DNA of 64,000 nt from Hormiphora californensis (lineage: Eukaryota > Animalia > Ctenophora), in contig CM035353.1 of the NCBI GenBank assembly GCA_020137815.1, positions 1,054,001 to 1,118,000 on the forward strand, written 5' to 3'. Positions 49,900 through 61,393 of the stretch are shown here, one piece after another (position 1 is the first letter of the stretch; each line of letters opens with the position of its first letter). Under the pieces are notes generated by a model. That model worked only from the letters and a program-made list of their open reading frames with translations, made no database searches and was not told where the DNA came from. The position numbers and the translations under genes are program-made.

Positions 49900-50068
49900 G
49901 ATCTCCATCTCCATATCCATACCATCTCCACTTCCATCTACATCTACATCTACATCTACATCTACATCTCCATCTACATCTACATCTACATCTACATCTA
50001 CATCTACATCTACATCTACATCTACATCTACATCTACATCTCCATCTCCATTACTACTACTACTACTC
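49900..50068. repeat. (ACATCT)n / (CCATCT)n microsatellite followed by a hairpin
   Basis: Direct observation; hairpin GGGCTTGCC-GTA-GGCAAGCCC at about 50078-50098. Confidence 0.9.
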
Positions 50069-50461
50069 TGAGTGCCTGGGCTTGCCGTAGGCAAGCCCAC
50101 AGGGACTATCGCAAAGCGATATCGCCGGCACTAGAGAAGAGTCCCCCCGCCCTCTCCCCTCGCATGGAACTACCATCTGGCAGGTTCACAATATAACGGG
50201 AGATTTGGAGTGGGGCTCTTCTCGGGGTTGTTCTAGTCCTGTGTGGTTATTTTTACCAGGAACGTTTATACTTTGATCTTGAACCACAGTTTCGTCTTCG
50301 TTTTCAATTAATCTTTGATACGGGATATGTGAGACCTATCTGTCTGATTAGGTTCAATTAGGTTAGAAGGCTAAACTAGCAAGGATTTGTTCTCAGTCCA
50401 CAGTTTTGTTTAGTATGTATATATTGGTGGCGGGTGGGGTGGTTCGGGGTGGGTGGAGGCT

Positions 50462-53400
50462 AATAGGGCTAGATATTTGGTTGAAAAAGGGAGATTCTAC
50501 TTGAAGGGGAGTGAGAAAAATAGGGCTAGATATTTGGTTGAAAAAGGGAGATTCTACTTGAAGGGGAGTGAGAAAAATAGGGCTAGATATTTGGTTGAAA
50601 AAGGGAGATTCTACTTGAAGGGGAGTGAGAAAAATAGGGCTAGATATTTGGTTGAAAAAGGGAGATTCTACTTGAAGGGGAGTGAGAAAAATAGGGCTAG
50701 ATATTTGGTTGAAAAAGGGAGATTCTACTTGAAGGGGAGTGAGAAAAATAGGGCTAGATATTTGGTTGAAAAAGGGAGATTCTACTTGAAGGGGAGTGAG
50801 AAAAATAGGGCTAGATATTTGGTTGAAAAAGGGAGATTCTACTTGAAGGGGAGTGAGAAAAATAGGGCTAGATATTTGGTTGAAAAAGGGAGATTCTACT
50901 TGAAGGGGAGTGAGAAAAATAGGGCTAGATATTTGGTTGAAAAAGGGAGATTCTACTTGAAGGGGAGTGAGAAAAATAGGGCTAGATATTTGGTTGAAAA
51001 AGGGAGATTCTACTTGAAGGGGAGTGAGAAAAATAGGGCTAGATATTTGGTTGAAAAAGGGAGATTCTACTTGAAGGGGAGTGAGAAAAATAGGGCTAGA
51101 TATTTGGTTGAAAAAGGGAGATTCTACTTGAAGGGGAGTGAGAAAAATAGGGCTAGATATTTGGTTGAAAAAGGGAGATTCTACTTGAAGGGGAGTGAGA
51201 AAAATAGGGCTAGATATTTGGTTGAAAAAGGGAGATTCTACTTGAAGGGGAGTGAGAAAAATAGGGCTAGATATTTGGTTGAAAAAGGGAGATTCTACTT
51301 GAAGGGGAGTGAGAAAAATAGGGCTAGATATTTGGTTGAAAAAGGGAGATTCTACTTGAAGGGGAGTGAGAAAAATAGGGCTAGATATTTGGTTGAAAAA
51401 GGGAGATTCTACTTGAAGGGGAGTGAGAAAAATAGGGCTAGATATTTGGTTGAAAAAGGGAGATTCTACTTGAAGGGGAGTGAGAAAAATAGGGCTAGAT
51501 ATTTGGTTGAAAAAGGGAGATTCTACTTGAAGGGGAGTGAGAAAAATAGGGCTAGATATTTGGTTGAAAAAGGGAGATTCTACTTGAAGGGGAGTGAGAA
51601 AAATAGGGCTAGATATTTGGTTGAAAAAGGGAGATTCTACTTGAAGGGGAGTGAGAAAAATAGGGCTAGATATTTGGTTGAAAAAGGGAGATTCTACTTG
51701 AAGGGGAGTGAGAAAAATAGGGCTAGATATTTGGTTGAAAAAGGGAGATTCTACTTGAAGGGGAGTGAGAAAAATAGGGCTAGATATTTGGTTGAAAAAG
51801 GGAGATTCTACTTGAAGGGGAGTGAGAAAAATAGGGCTAGATATTGGGTTGAATTCTTGAATTGCTACTGAGGTAGGAACTGGATGTTGGAAATTAATCA
51901 GTTGCGTTGCTGATCACGCGATCTCTCTTGCATGCAGGGAGAGAGAAAGGGAGGAATTATGAGGGGAAATATAGGTCGAGATTAAATAGTTTCTGTGTTC
52001 TCCTCTCTCTTTGAGAGAAGGAGAGAAAAAGGGAGATTCTACTTGAATTGAAGGGGAGAGAGAAAATAGGGCTAGATATTTGGTTGAAAAAGGGAGATTC
52101 GACTTGAAGGGGAGTGAGAAAAATAGGGCTAGATATTTGGTTGAAAAAGGGAGATTCTACTTGAAGGGGAGTGAGAAAAATAGGGCTAGATATTTGGTTG
52201 AAAAAGGGAGATTCTACTTGAAGGGGAGTGAGAAAAATAGGGCTAGATATTTGGTTGAAAAAGGGAGATTCTACTTGAAGGGGAGTGAGAAAAATAGGGC
52301 TAGATATTGGGTTGAATTCTTTTATTGACATAATACCATGTAGAACATGTGTTTAGGTACCAGATATTATCTGTATACAGCCATCTTAATTCTTGGAGCA
52401 GCAAACAGTGGCCTTCTGAATTGCTACTGAGGTAGGAACTGGATGTTGGAAATTAATCAGTTGCGTTGCTGATCACGCGATCTCTCTTGCATGCAGGGAG
52501 AGAGAAAGGGAGGAATTATGAGGGGAAATATAGGTCGAGATTAAATAGTTTCTGTTTTCTCCTCTCTCTGTGAGAGAAGGAGAGAAAAAGGGAGGTTCTA
52601 CTTGAATTGAAGGGGAGAGAGAAAATAGGGCTAGATATTTGGTTGAAAAAGGGAGATTCTACTTGAAGGGGAGTGAGAAAAATAGGGCTAGATATTGGGT
52701 TGAAAAAGGGAGATTCTACTTGAAGGGGAGTGAGAAAAATAGGGCTAGATATTTGGTTGAAAAAGGGAGATTCTACTTGAATTGAAGGGGAGAGAGAAAA
52801 TAGGGCTAGATATTTGGTTGAAAAAGGGAGATTCGACTTGAAGGGGAGTGAGAAAAATAGGGCTAGATATTTGGTTGAAAAAGGGAGATTCTACTTGAAG
52901 GGGAGTGAGAAAAATAGGGCTAGATATTTGGTTGAAAAAGGGAGATTCTACTTGAAGGGGAGTGAGAAAAATAGGGCTAGATATTTGGTTGAAAAAGGGA
53001 GATTCTACTTGAAGGGGAGTGAGAAAAATAGGGCTAGATATTTGGTTGAAAAAGGGAGATTCTACTTGAAGGGGAGTGAGAAAAATAGGGCTAGATATTT
53101 GGTTGAAAAAGGGAGATTCTACTTGAAGGGGAGTGAGAAAAATAGGGCTAGATATTGGGTTGAATTCTTTTATTGACATAATACCATGTAGAACATGTGT
53201 TTAGGTACCAGATATTATCTGTATACAGCCATCTTAATTCTTGGAGCAGCAAACAGTGGCCTTCTGAATTGCTACTGAGGTAGGAACTGGATGTTGGAAA
53301 TTAATCAGTTGCGTTGCTGATCACGCGATCTCTCTTGCATACAGGGAGAGAGAAAGGGAGGAATTATGAGGGGAAATATAGGTCGAGATTAAATAGTTTC

Positions 53401-55990
53401 TGTTTTCTCCTCTCTCTGTGAGAGAAGGAGAGAAAAAGGGAGATGCTACTTGAATTGAAGGGGAGAGAGAAAATAGGGCTAGATATTTGGTTGAAAAAGG
53501 GAGATTCTACTTGAAGGGGAGTGAGAAAAATAGGGCTAGATATTTGGTTGAAAAAGGGAGATTCTACTTGAAGGGGAGTGAGAAAAATAGGGCTAGATAT
53601 TTGGTTGAAAAAGGGAGATTCTACTTGAATTGAAGGGGAGAGAGAAAATAGGGCTAGATATTTGGTTGAAAAAGGGAGATTCGACTTGAAGGGGAGTGAG
53701 AAAAATAGGGCTAGATATTTGGTTGAAAAAGGGAGATTCTACTTGAAGGGGAGTGAGAAAAATAGGGCTAGATATTTGGTTGAAAAAGGGAGATTCTACT
53801 TGAAGGGGAGTGAGAAAAATAGGGCTAGATATTTGGTTGAAAAAGGGAGATTCTACTTGAAGGGGAGTGAGAAAAATAGGGCTAGATATTTGGTTGAAAA
53901 AGGGAGATTCTACTTGAAGGGGAGTGAGAAAAATAGGGCTAGATATTAGGTTGAATTCTTTTATTGACATAATACCATGTAGAACATGTGTTTAGGTACC
54001 AGATATTATCTGTATACAGCCATCTTAATTCTTGGAGCAGCAAACAGTGGCCTTCTGAATTGCTACTCATCTCCATCTCCATCTCCATCTCCATCTACAT
54101 CTACATCTACATCTACATCTACATCTACATCTACATCTACATCTACATCTACATCTACATCTCCATATCCATTTCCATCTCCATCTACATCTACATCTCC
54201 ACTATCTCACCATGGTGTCTCCCCTGGGATGGTGCACCATGCCAGTGCAGAGAAGAGACCGTTTCAAACGTCACGTCTAAACGGGCTAGATATTTGGTTG
54301 AAAAAGGGAGATTCTACTTGAAGGGGAGTGAGAAAAATAGGGCTAGATATTTGGTTGAAAAAGGGAGATTCTACTTGAAGGGGAGTGAGAAAAATAGGGC
54401 TAGATATTTGGTTGAAAAAGGGAGATTCTACTTGAAGGGGAGTGAGAAAAATAGGGCTAGATATTTGGTTGAAAAAGGGAGATTCTACTTGAAGGGGAGT
54501 GAGAAAAATAGGGCTAGATATTAGGTTGAATTCTTTTATTGACATAATACCATGTAGAACATGTGTTTAGGTACCAGATATTATCTGTATACAGCCATCT
54601 TAATTCTTGGAGCAGCAAACAGTGGCCTTCTGAATTGCTACTCATCTCCATCTCCATCTCCATCTCCATCTCCATCTACATCTACATCTCCACTATCTCA
54701 CCATGGTGTCTCCCCTGGGATGGTGCACCATGCCAGTGCAGAGAAGAGACCGTTTCAAACGTCACGTCTAAACGGGCTAGATATTTGGTTGAAAAAGGGA
54801 GATTCTACTTGAAGGGGAGTGAGAAAAATAGGGCTAGATATTTGGTTGAAAAAGGGAGATTCTACTTGAAGGGGAGTGAGAAAAATAGGGCTAGATATTT
54901 GGTTGAAAAAGGGAGATTCTACTTGAAGGGGAGTGAGAAAAATAGGGCTAGATATTGGGTTGAATTCTTTTATTGACATAATACCATGTAGAACATGTGT
55001 TTAGGTACCAGATATTATCTGTATACAGCCATCTTAATTCTTGGAGCAGCAAACAGTGGCCTTCTGAATTGCTACTGAGGTAGGAACTGGATGTTGGAAA
55101 TTAATCAGTTGCGTTGCTGATCACGCGATCTCTCTTGCATGCAGGGAGAGAGAAAGGGAGGAATTATGAGGGGAAATATAGGTCGAGATTAAATAGTTTC
55201 TGTGTTCTCCTCTCTCTTTGAGAGAAGGAGAGAAAAAGGGAGATTCTACTTGAATTGAAGGGGAGAGAGAAAATAGGGCTAGATATTTGGTTGAAAAAGG
55301 GAGATTCGACTTGAAGGGGAGTGAGAAAAATAGGGCTAGATATTTGGTTGAAAAAGGGAGATTCTACTTGAAGGGGAGTGAGAAAAATAGGGCTAGATAT
55401 TTGGTTGAAAAAGGGAGATTCTACTTGAAGGGGAGTGAGAAAAATAGGGCTAGATATTTGGTTGAAAAAGGGAGATTCTACTTGAAGGGGAGTGAGAAAA
55501 ATAGGGCTAGATATTTGGTTGAAAAAGGGAGATTCTACTTGAAGGGGAGTGAGAAAAATAGGGCTAGATATTGGGTTGAATTCTTTTATTGACATAATAC
55601 CATGTAGAACATGTGTTTAGGTACCAGATATTATCTGTATACAGCCATCTTAATTCTTGGAGCAGCAAACAGTGGCCTTCTGAATTGCTACTCATCTCCA
55701 TCTCCATCTCCATCTACATCTACATCTACATCTACATCTACATGTCCATCTACATCTACATCTACATCTACATCTACATCTACATCTACATCTACATCTA
55801 CATCTACATCTACATCTACATCTACATCTACATCTACATCTACATCTACATCTACATCTACATGTCCATCTACATCTACATCTACATCTACATCTCCACT
55901 ATCTCCACCATGGTGTCTCCCCGGCCCTGGGATGGTGCACCATGCCAGTGCAGAGAAGAGACCGTTTCAAACGTCACGTCTAAACGGGCT
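50462..55990. repeat. 57-bp satellite with modular higher-order organisation
   Basis: Unit AATAGGGCTAGATATTTGGTTGAAAAAGGGAGATTCTACTTGAAGGGGAGTGAGAAA; about 24 identical copies to 51852, then six shorter blocks separated by recurring spacers. Confidence 0.95.
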
Positions 55991-56268
55991 TCAGAGCACT
56001 ACAAGCCCGTCTCTAGCTCCGTCTAAACGTCTTCTAGTCGGCGTTGGAACGGAACGTCGTGTCTATACGGGTCTGCGGCAACATCAAACATGGGATTGGT
56101 GAAAATTTAACTAGAGATTCTGTCATGACAGTATGACAGTAAGAGTCATACTATGACAGTATGACACAGCTCTGATATTTACTAATTTATATTAAACACA
56201 TGTAGTTTCGGTATGAGGGTAAATGATACCAATTAGTAATGTTATTGATATTTTCATCGTGCTCCAGT

Positions 56269-56691
56269 TTATGCCCTGCACAGGTAGTTGTCGTGCCAGG
56301 TTCCCTGCCTATCAGCACCCTCGTGCCATCGAACACAGGCTCCCTTGGGTCCGGCAAACTCCCACCTCATGTTGGGTGCCCTGTGGTTGGTGCACAGGTA
56401 GTTATCATGCCAAGTGTGAGGGTCAGCTCCTTCCTTGATCTGGACACACTTCTTTCCCTTGATGGGTCCGGCGTAACTCCACTGCATTCCAATGTCTTGA
56501 GTGTGGGGGTGCTGGCAGAAGTAGTTGTCCCTCCAGGTGGTTTGGGGAGGCTCGGCAGGTTCAATGATCTGGACACACCTCCATCCCCTGACGGGTCCGG
56601 CAGAGCTCCATCTGAAGTCCTGGGGGAATCGGGGAGGACGCCTCGCGGCAACGAGAGCCAGAAGGGCAAACAGACAAATCTTGGAGAACAT
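56269..56691 (-). CDS. Secreted 140-aa protein with three Cys/Trp repeats (WxxAGP..C...E.....WxDNYxC), putative lectin-like
   Basis: Signal peptide MFSKICLFALLALVAA; three ~40-aa repeats each with 2 Cys; intronless; a conserved second copy at 63691. Confidence 0.85.
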   Translation of the reverse strand: MFSKICLFALLALVAARRPPRFPQDFRWSSAGPVRGWRCVQIIEPAEPPQTTWRDNYFCQHPHTQDIGMQWSYAGPIKGKKCVQIKEGADPHTWHDNYLCTNHRAPNMRWEFAGPKGACVRWHEGADRQGTWHDNYLCRA

Positions 56692-56994
56692 GTTGAGTGT
56701 AGTTGTGCTGGTTGATACAGCTCAGAGAACCCCAGTTTTAAGGGGCAAAACAGGAAATGGTATTTCCTTAATTTTGTCTTTAGTCCGATACTACGCTGAC
56801 CTATTGGTACACCTATTCTTATACACTACCTGTTGTACACTCCAGTGTGGGTCAATGTGGCAATAGATAAGTAACGTGGCAATATAGGAGTCAGCAACGC
56901 GGTAATATAGAAGCACGCGCCAGATCAACCATGTAATGTGTGCTTCTATATTGCCACGTTGCTCCTATATTGCCACGTTACGTATGAGTCGCCC

Positions 56995-57574
56995 GGTGGG
57001 CGGACTCTAGTGCTAACGGACTCTTTATCTAAATTCAAGGCAGACTCTATATCTAAAAGCGGACTCTTTATCTACAGTTAGACTTTGAAAAAAAATTAGA
57101 TAAAGAGTCCGCCCAGTGTAGACTTTTTAGATATAGAGTCCGCACTGTGTAGACTTTTTAGACATAGAGTCCCCTGGTACATTTTGGCGCCAAATCCCCC
57201 AACCCGGACTCTATGTCTAAAATCCTAAACCAACCCAAAACCTAACCCTAACCATAACCCTAACCCTAACCTCGAACCCAAATAATGGCCCTAACACTTC
57301 TCAATTAGTACAGAGGTACAGCAAACTCTCGTTTCCGGCCTAACGGCCGAAATCTCGAGTTCGCTGAGAATGGCGGACTCTATGTCTAATTTAGATTTAT
57401 GTAGATATAGAGTCCGCTCTTTGTAGACTTTTTAGATAAAGAGTCCGCCCTGTTTAGACTTTTTAGAGATAGAGTCCTCCTAGAGTTTAGACTTATTTGG
57501 ACTCTTTATCTAAATATAAATTTAGATATAGAGTCCACTGTAGACTTAGAGTGTAGCACTAGAGTCCGCACACC
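56995..57574. mobile_element. Mutator-like MITE, 9-bp TSD GAGTCGCCC, with GGACTCT subrepeats and a CCCTAA tract
   Basis: TIR GGTG(G/T)GCGGACTCTAGTGCTA; empty site in the inverted arm at about 63405-63420; partial relative at about 49330-49485. Confidence 0.85.
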
Positions 57575-57605
57575 GAGTCGCCCCTCCCTGCCGACGGTCC
57601 TCTAA

Positions 57606-58202
57606 CACGGCGTCATACACATTTCTATTTGGAATTTCTATCTGGAGTTTCTATTTGGAATTTCTATCTGGAATAACCGCATGTGCAGATGCGCCGCGCC
57701 GCGGCTCAAATTCACGTGCGAGATTAAAGAGAGAGAGAGACACACATTAAGGTTACTAGCAAAACTGGGGCGATCGTACCGATCGCAAATCGAGGGGTCT
57801 GTTTTTCTCTCTGCCTGTCTGTTATATGCTATGTGATGTGATCCCCTCTTTTTCTCTCTTTCTCTCCCTTTTATACATGTGATGTGACCCCTCAAGTCGC
57901 AAGCAGTTCTTAACACGTGTGATACGTGATACCTACGAATCACGTCGTCACACTGACGGATCATGTCGTCACGCTGACGGATCACGTCGTCACATTGACG
58001 GATCACGTCGTCACATTGACGATAGGGTGTCACATTTCCGTGCAAATTTGCATTAGATATAGTTAGATACGATTGTCTCTCACTCTCTCTGGAAAAACCG
58101 CACGTGCAGATGCGCCGCGGCTCAAATTCACGTGCGTGTTATACAGATTCTGACAGAAAATACGAGCAAGAAATTCCAGGTGGAAATGTGTATGACGAAC
58201 TG
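57606..58202. mobile_element. TAA-TSD TIR element (PIF/Harbinger-like)
   Basis: CTC-TAA-[CACGG...AACTG]-TAA-TGCC; empty site (reverse complement GGCATTAGAG) at 63381. Confidence 0.85.
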
Positions 58203-58429
58203 TAATGCCCTACATGCCGACGAAATTAGGATGAGATCGCCGTTTGCATGTAGGGCATTTGACCCCTATTTCCTGCCCTCCCTGCCGAATGGCAGGGAGG
58301 GCATTTACCCCTCCTTTCCACCCGCTCTACCGAAGATCGGCAGGGAGAACATTTTACCCCTCCTTTTACCCTCTGTACCGACGATCGGCAAGTAGGGACG
58401 AAACCATAACCCAAACTTAGCCCAAACCA

Positions 58430-58626
58430 TCGCCCTAACCCTAACCCTAACCATCACCCTAACCATCGCCCTAACCATCACCCTAACCATCACCCTAACC
58501 ATCACCCTAACCATCACCCTAACCATAACCCTAACCATCACCCTAACCATCACCCTAACCATCACACTAACCATCACCCTAACCATCGCCCTAACCATCA
58601 CCCTAACCCTAACCCTAACCCTAACC
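58430..58626. repeat. Telomere-like CCCTAA/CCATCA 12-bp repeat tract (mirror copy 63090-63252)
   Basis: Direct observation; internal to the inverted duplication arms. Confidence 0.9.
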
Positions 58627-59725
58627 GACTGTAATTTCATTATGCCTAGAAAATATCGTTGGTTCAGTGGTTCAGTGGTCAATGGTTAACCGTGGCTCAG
58701 TGCGTTGGTATTTAGTAAGCGTATTCTAAAAGTGCATAACCTAAAAAAATGTCTTGCTTTATTTGAGGCACGACCAATTAGGGTGCACTATAGTAACGAA
58801 ACTTTGAATTAATTTGACTGATTTAGAACTTCGTGCTTAATAGTGTGTTCACGTGTTGCCTTGTTCTACCCTGTACCCCATTTGATTCTGAGCACTGCCG
58901 CGCTCAGATGGGGTCGCGGCGCAAGACAGGTTTTTAAAGGGGGCTTAGAACATCAATTCACGCGTGACTTGCCATATAAATCCTATCGTGATTGGGGAAT
59001 CATTGGATTGGGGTGCAAAATTTCAAATTCTTGTAGTACAAACATGTACCTCCAAAAATATAACAAATCTATTTTTTGGATCTTTTTCGCCCTAGGAGTA
59101 GAGAGCTCCAGATAATTATTTCAAAAGGGCCAGCTTACTGCATATCGTTCCCAAATAGCCGGTGGGTATAATAACTGTTAGAACTTGTTGGAATCCTGCA
59201 CATAGGAGAAAACTAGAAGGTTATATTATTGACGTTTGTTAGTCTAATACTACGCTCGCATGTTTTTTACACCAGCGAGTTTTGTTTAAGATCTCTCTGT
59301 ATAACCCGGTATCTCTCTAACCTTCTCTCTTGTCCTCTCCCTCTCTATTTCTCCCTCTCTGTCCAACTCTATGTTATTTCCTTGATCTGACCACAATGTT
59401 TGACACCGCAATATCCTCTGTGCAGTAAACAAAGACATCATAGCGGCACGGGGCGTAGTGTTTATTAGATCGATAGTTATATGAGAAATTTTGACCATGT
59501 TCTCATGGATTTAGAGCTCCAATATAAATACCATCCACAATAGATTCTACGTTCAAAATTAGGGGGGAAGGTTATCACTGCACTGGCAAGTGCCCGGTGG
59601 CAGCTAATGGGGGTCTTGGGGCAAAGCCCCCAGCAATGAAAAAACCATTCCACAATCCACCGCTTCTAAGGTTAGCCCAGAACATTATAAGATCAAATCT
59701 GAAAGGATAAACTCAGGGGGGGGGA

Positions 59726-60141
59726 AGACACACTGAAGTTGGGCGCGCTCGTTCAAATCTCAACTTCGCGACACACACTGAAGTTTGAAGTTCGAAGTTT
59801 CGAGAAAACCCATTTTCGGCTGAGAAATCATTTGTAAGATGCTAATTTATTTACTGGTACATCTCTCGAGGTGTCCATTATCCATACTGAGTCAATTTCA
59901 CAGTTTTTGAAATTTTTGGTTAATTCGGTCACAGTTGTCCCAATTCACCAAAAATTTCAAAAACGGTGAAATTGACTCAGTATGGATAAAGGAAACCTCG
60001 AGAGATGTACCAGGAAATAAGTTAGCCTCTTACAAATGATTTCTCAGCCGAAAATGGGTTTTCGCGAAACTTCGAACTTTGAACTTCAGTGTGTGTCGCG
60101 AGGTTGAGATTTGAACGAGCGCGCCCAACTTCAGTGTGTCT
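59726..60141. mobile_element. 416-bp palindromic element
   Basis: AGACACACTGAAGTTGGGCGCGC...GCGCGCCCAACTTCAGTGTGTCT with ~200-bp arms. Confidence 0.8.
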
Positions 60142-60280
60142 CACACACAGCATAGCGGTGTTATAAGCTATCGAATGGATTTAACTTCTTGAAAGTTAAA
60201 GGCGTTGAAAGCTCAGCTCGTTAGTATGGTGACTGAGGGAACGTGAGAAGTTTCCCATGCATAGCTTGGTGTCACATATA

Positions 60281-61393
60281 GTACCGCGTGGCCCAGATTA
60301 AAGGGAGGGTACGTTGGCCTACTTTTCACCCAGAAGTTTAATTTCAATCACTCTGATATTTTGACACAATGCCTGCATGATTACTCATTCGAGGAATCCG
60401 AAGTTTCAGCCCTCTGGATGAAAGTTCATTTTTTTCAACCGAATGAACATTGAATGAACACCAATATGGGACTATATTTCGGTACCAAAGTTTCACAAAT
60501 TTGTTTGGCTATCGATTTCCTTTCGAATGGGACCAGTTTGAGCTTAATTGGATCACCACAAGAATCACAGTGATCCGTTTTCTAAGCCTAGGGTAAGTCA
60601 TGTGATCCCCATCAAATTATGACGTGTTAGCAAGAGAGCTTACATTTTAACGGATGCTGTATCGGTACACCATCCTCATTAGCAGACGTGATACGTGATA
60701 CTCGACCGTTACACCTGCTTATTGGCACTTAGTAATGACGCTATCGTCTCATTAGGTGTCAGATGACCAAACATAGGGTTAGATAACTAAAAACTGTGTC
60801 TCTTGTGGTGGTCCAATTGAGCTCAAATTAGTCGCGTTTGAAAGGAAATCGATACCCGAAGGCGACTGTGAAATTCCGGTTCCAAAAAGCATTCCTGTTT
60901 TCAAGTTCATTCAGGATTCATTCCAGTCGGAAAAATGAATTTTAAGATAGAGAGCTTAAATTCCGGCTAACATCAAAATTGATCAAGTGCAGTGGCCGTA
61001 CAGATTTTTAGCGCCTGAATTTACCGATTTCTGGTCAAAACAGGTCAAAATCGATGTTTGGTAAAAAATATCATCTTTAAATAACTTATTTCACCCACTA
61101 AACTTGATTCAATTTTAATAAAAATGCAGATTGCCATTTGTTGATACTTGCTCTATTGTATGGCGGTTTTTAAAATAATGAAATCGAATTTAATCAAGAG
61201 AAAACCTCAAAAAACCCGAAAAACGAAAAATTGAGTTCATTAATGAACTTTCAACTTTTATGATTTGAAACTTCGGATTCCTCGAATGAGTACCCATGCA
61301 GACATTGAGTCAAAATATCAGAGTGATTGAAATTAAACTTCTGGGTGAAAAGAAGGTCAACGTACCCTCCCTTTAATTTGGGCCACGCGGTAC
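60281..61393. mobile_element. TIR element nested in a fragment of the 41040-41280 repeat
   Basis: TIR GTACCGCGTGGCCCA(G/A)ATTAAAGGGAGGGTACGTTG, ~130 bp of inverted similarity, ATA on both flanks. Confidence 0.75.

Noticed and set aside
50453-51871. 472-aa ORF and the related ORFs up to 55.6 kb
   Set aside because: Artefact of a 57-bp (19-codon) satellite with a stop-free frame; no synonymous variation, non-ATG start.
50462-55990. CRISPR-like repeat/spacer appearance
   Set aside because: Spacers are themselves repeated, units are head-to-tail, there are no cas genes, and the context is eukaryotic.
56239-56715. 158-aa plus-strand ORF (and 63667-63999 minus)
   Set aside because: Antisense shadow of the secreted-protein gene.
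58430-58626. Telomere or chromosome-fusion site
   Set aside because: Degenerate 12-bp CCCTAA/CCATCA units embedded in dispersed repeats, mirrored only because of the inverted duplication.
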